DNA of 64,000 nt from Macrostomum hystrix. Its lineage: Eukaryota; Animalia; Platyhelminthes. Each line of letters starts with the position of its first letter. Positions within the stretch are counted from its first letter, which is position 1. The notes under the pieces are model-generated. The model was not told where the DNA came from, ran no database searches, and saw only the letters and a program-made list of their open reading frames with translations. This document shows positions 63,135 to 64,000 of this stretch, piece by piece. The position numbers and the translations under genes are program-made. The stretch lies in NCBI GenBank assembly GCA_950097015.1, contig CATNEN010000001.1:18414001-18478000 (forward strand), written 5' to 3'.

Positions 63135-63607
63135 AACTTAAACTGATGCGACTGTTGACGTTCACATAGTACATGAGCAACTGGAAAGTGAACTCATGCT
63201 TAGCTAGTTTTCCAGTGATACCTCAGTTTTTTCTTTTTTTATTAGACATTTTAATTTCTTTACAATGTTCGCTGAACGGATACTCATTCCTTTCGCTTTA
63301 TCTTTTGCATTTTCTTTCGCTAAAGTATATTTTACATGTTAGTCACCTAAGCAATTTATTTTTGCAGTATTTACCATATACTGCAAACAAAAACTTGTGC
63401 TTTTCTTACTTTTTAAAAGTACAACTTTATTTTTTTCCAACTTAGAATTTTTTTCAGTTTTTTTTTCGACGAATTTTGCGCTTCTATGTTCTTTGATTCA
63501 TTGTTCTATGTTCATTGATGCTCATTGATGCTCATGTAGTAAATGATAAATGATTTTTGATACCAATGCTTTGTTTTTCGCCAACCAAAAAATTTGGTTA
63601 ATTGGGT

Positions 63608-63661
63608 GGACCTGCAGCCAGCGAGGAGGCAATTCTGCCCATTCAGGTGACTCCTGAGCAG

Positions 63662-63693
<32 letters not shown>

Positions 63694-63885
63694 AGGGGTG
63701 TGTATCTGCCCTGAGCTTTTTATTGTCAGGCAGTGCACACACTCACTGGGCCTAGGTGGTAGGCCCTCAGAGGCGTAGATTGCATGACAAGCCACCAAGC
63801 CTTCTCTCCGCGGCTGCGCCCCAAATGAATGTGACCTCGCCGTTCAATCCAGGGACTTTAGTGCAAGGTGCAGACGCTTAATACC
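63608..63885 (-). mobile_element. tRNA-derived SINE, family 1, diverged copy with expanded (CA)n
   Basis: GACCTGCAGCCAGCGAGGAGGCAATTCTGCCCATT...CCTTCTCTCCGCGGCTGCGCCCCAAATGAATGTG matches the 61633-61950 copy. Confidence 0.8.
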
Positions 63886-64000
63886 GCATGCTATATGCTC
63901 ACAACTATTGACTGGCTACGTGCAATATGGCCTTTTGAAATTAAATTCTTGTTTTTTGCAATTGCAATCATTAAATTGAGCAAATTCTGAAATATTCTGA

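Overview
Eukaryotic, intron-containing animal DNA. The gene set and the minisatellite in almost every long intron suggest a free-living flatworm such as Macrostomum; this is inference, not proof. Contents in order: (1) 1-20740 (+): the 3' part of a giant secreted mucin/SCO-spondin-like gene, 5' end outside the window. One exon of at least 16.5 kb encodes Thr-rich PTS tracts alternating with two near-identically repeated, mutually homologous ~163-aa Cys-bracketed domains that resemble divergent discoidin/F5-8C modules. Six more exons encode an RGD motif, TSP1/TIL/vWC modules and a C-terminal cystine knot. (2) 22430-36844 (-): a complete 8-exon Cys-loop receptor subunit (560 aa, non-alpha nAChR-like) with the Pro-Ala anion-selectivity motif. 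Its introns hold minisatellites, two SINE families, a piggyBac relic and a truncated Gypsy element. (3) 40581-41777: an internally deleted Mutator-like DNA transposon. (4) 43450-48155 (+): an intact 6-exon PLAT-lipoxygenase homologue whose iron ligands appear substituted (candidate pseudo-enzyme). (5) 52971-56004 (+): NDUFV1. (6) 59186-63134 (+): three tandem intronless Sulfotransfer_4-type sulfotransferases. About 17 tandem arrays (15-70 bp units) lie between and within these genes. Exon boundaries were assigned by eye from GT-AG sites and frame continuity, and array ends are approximate.
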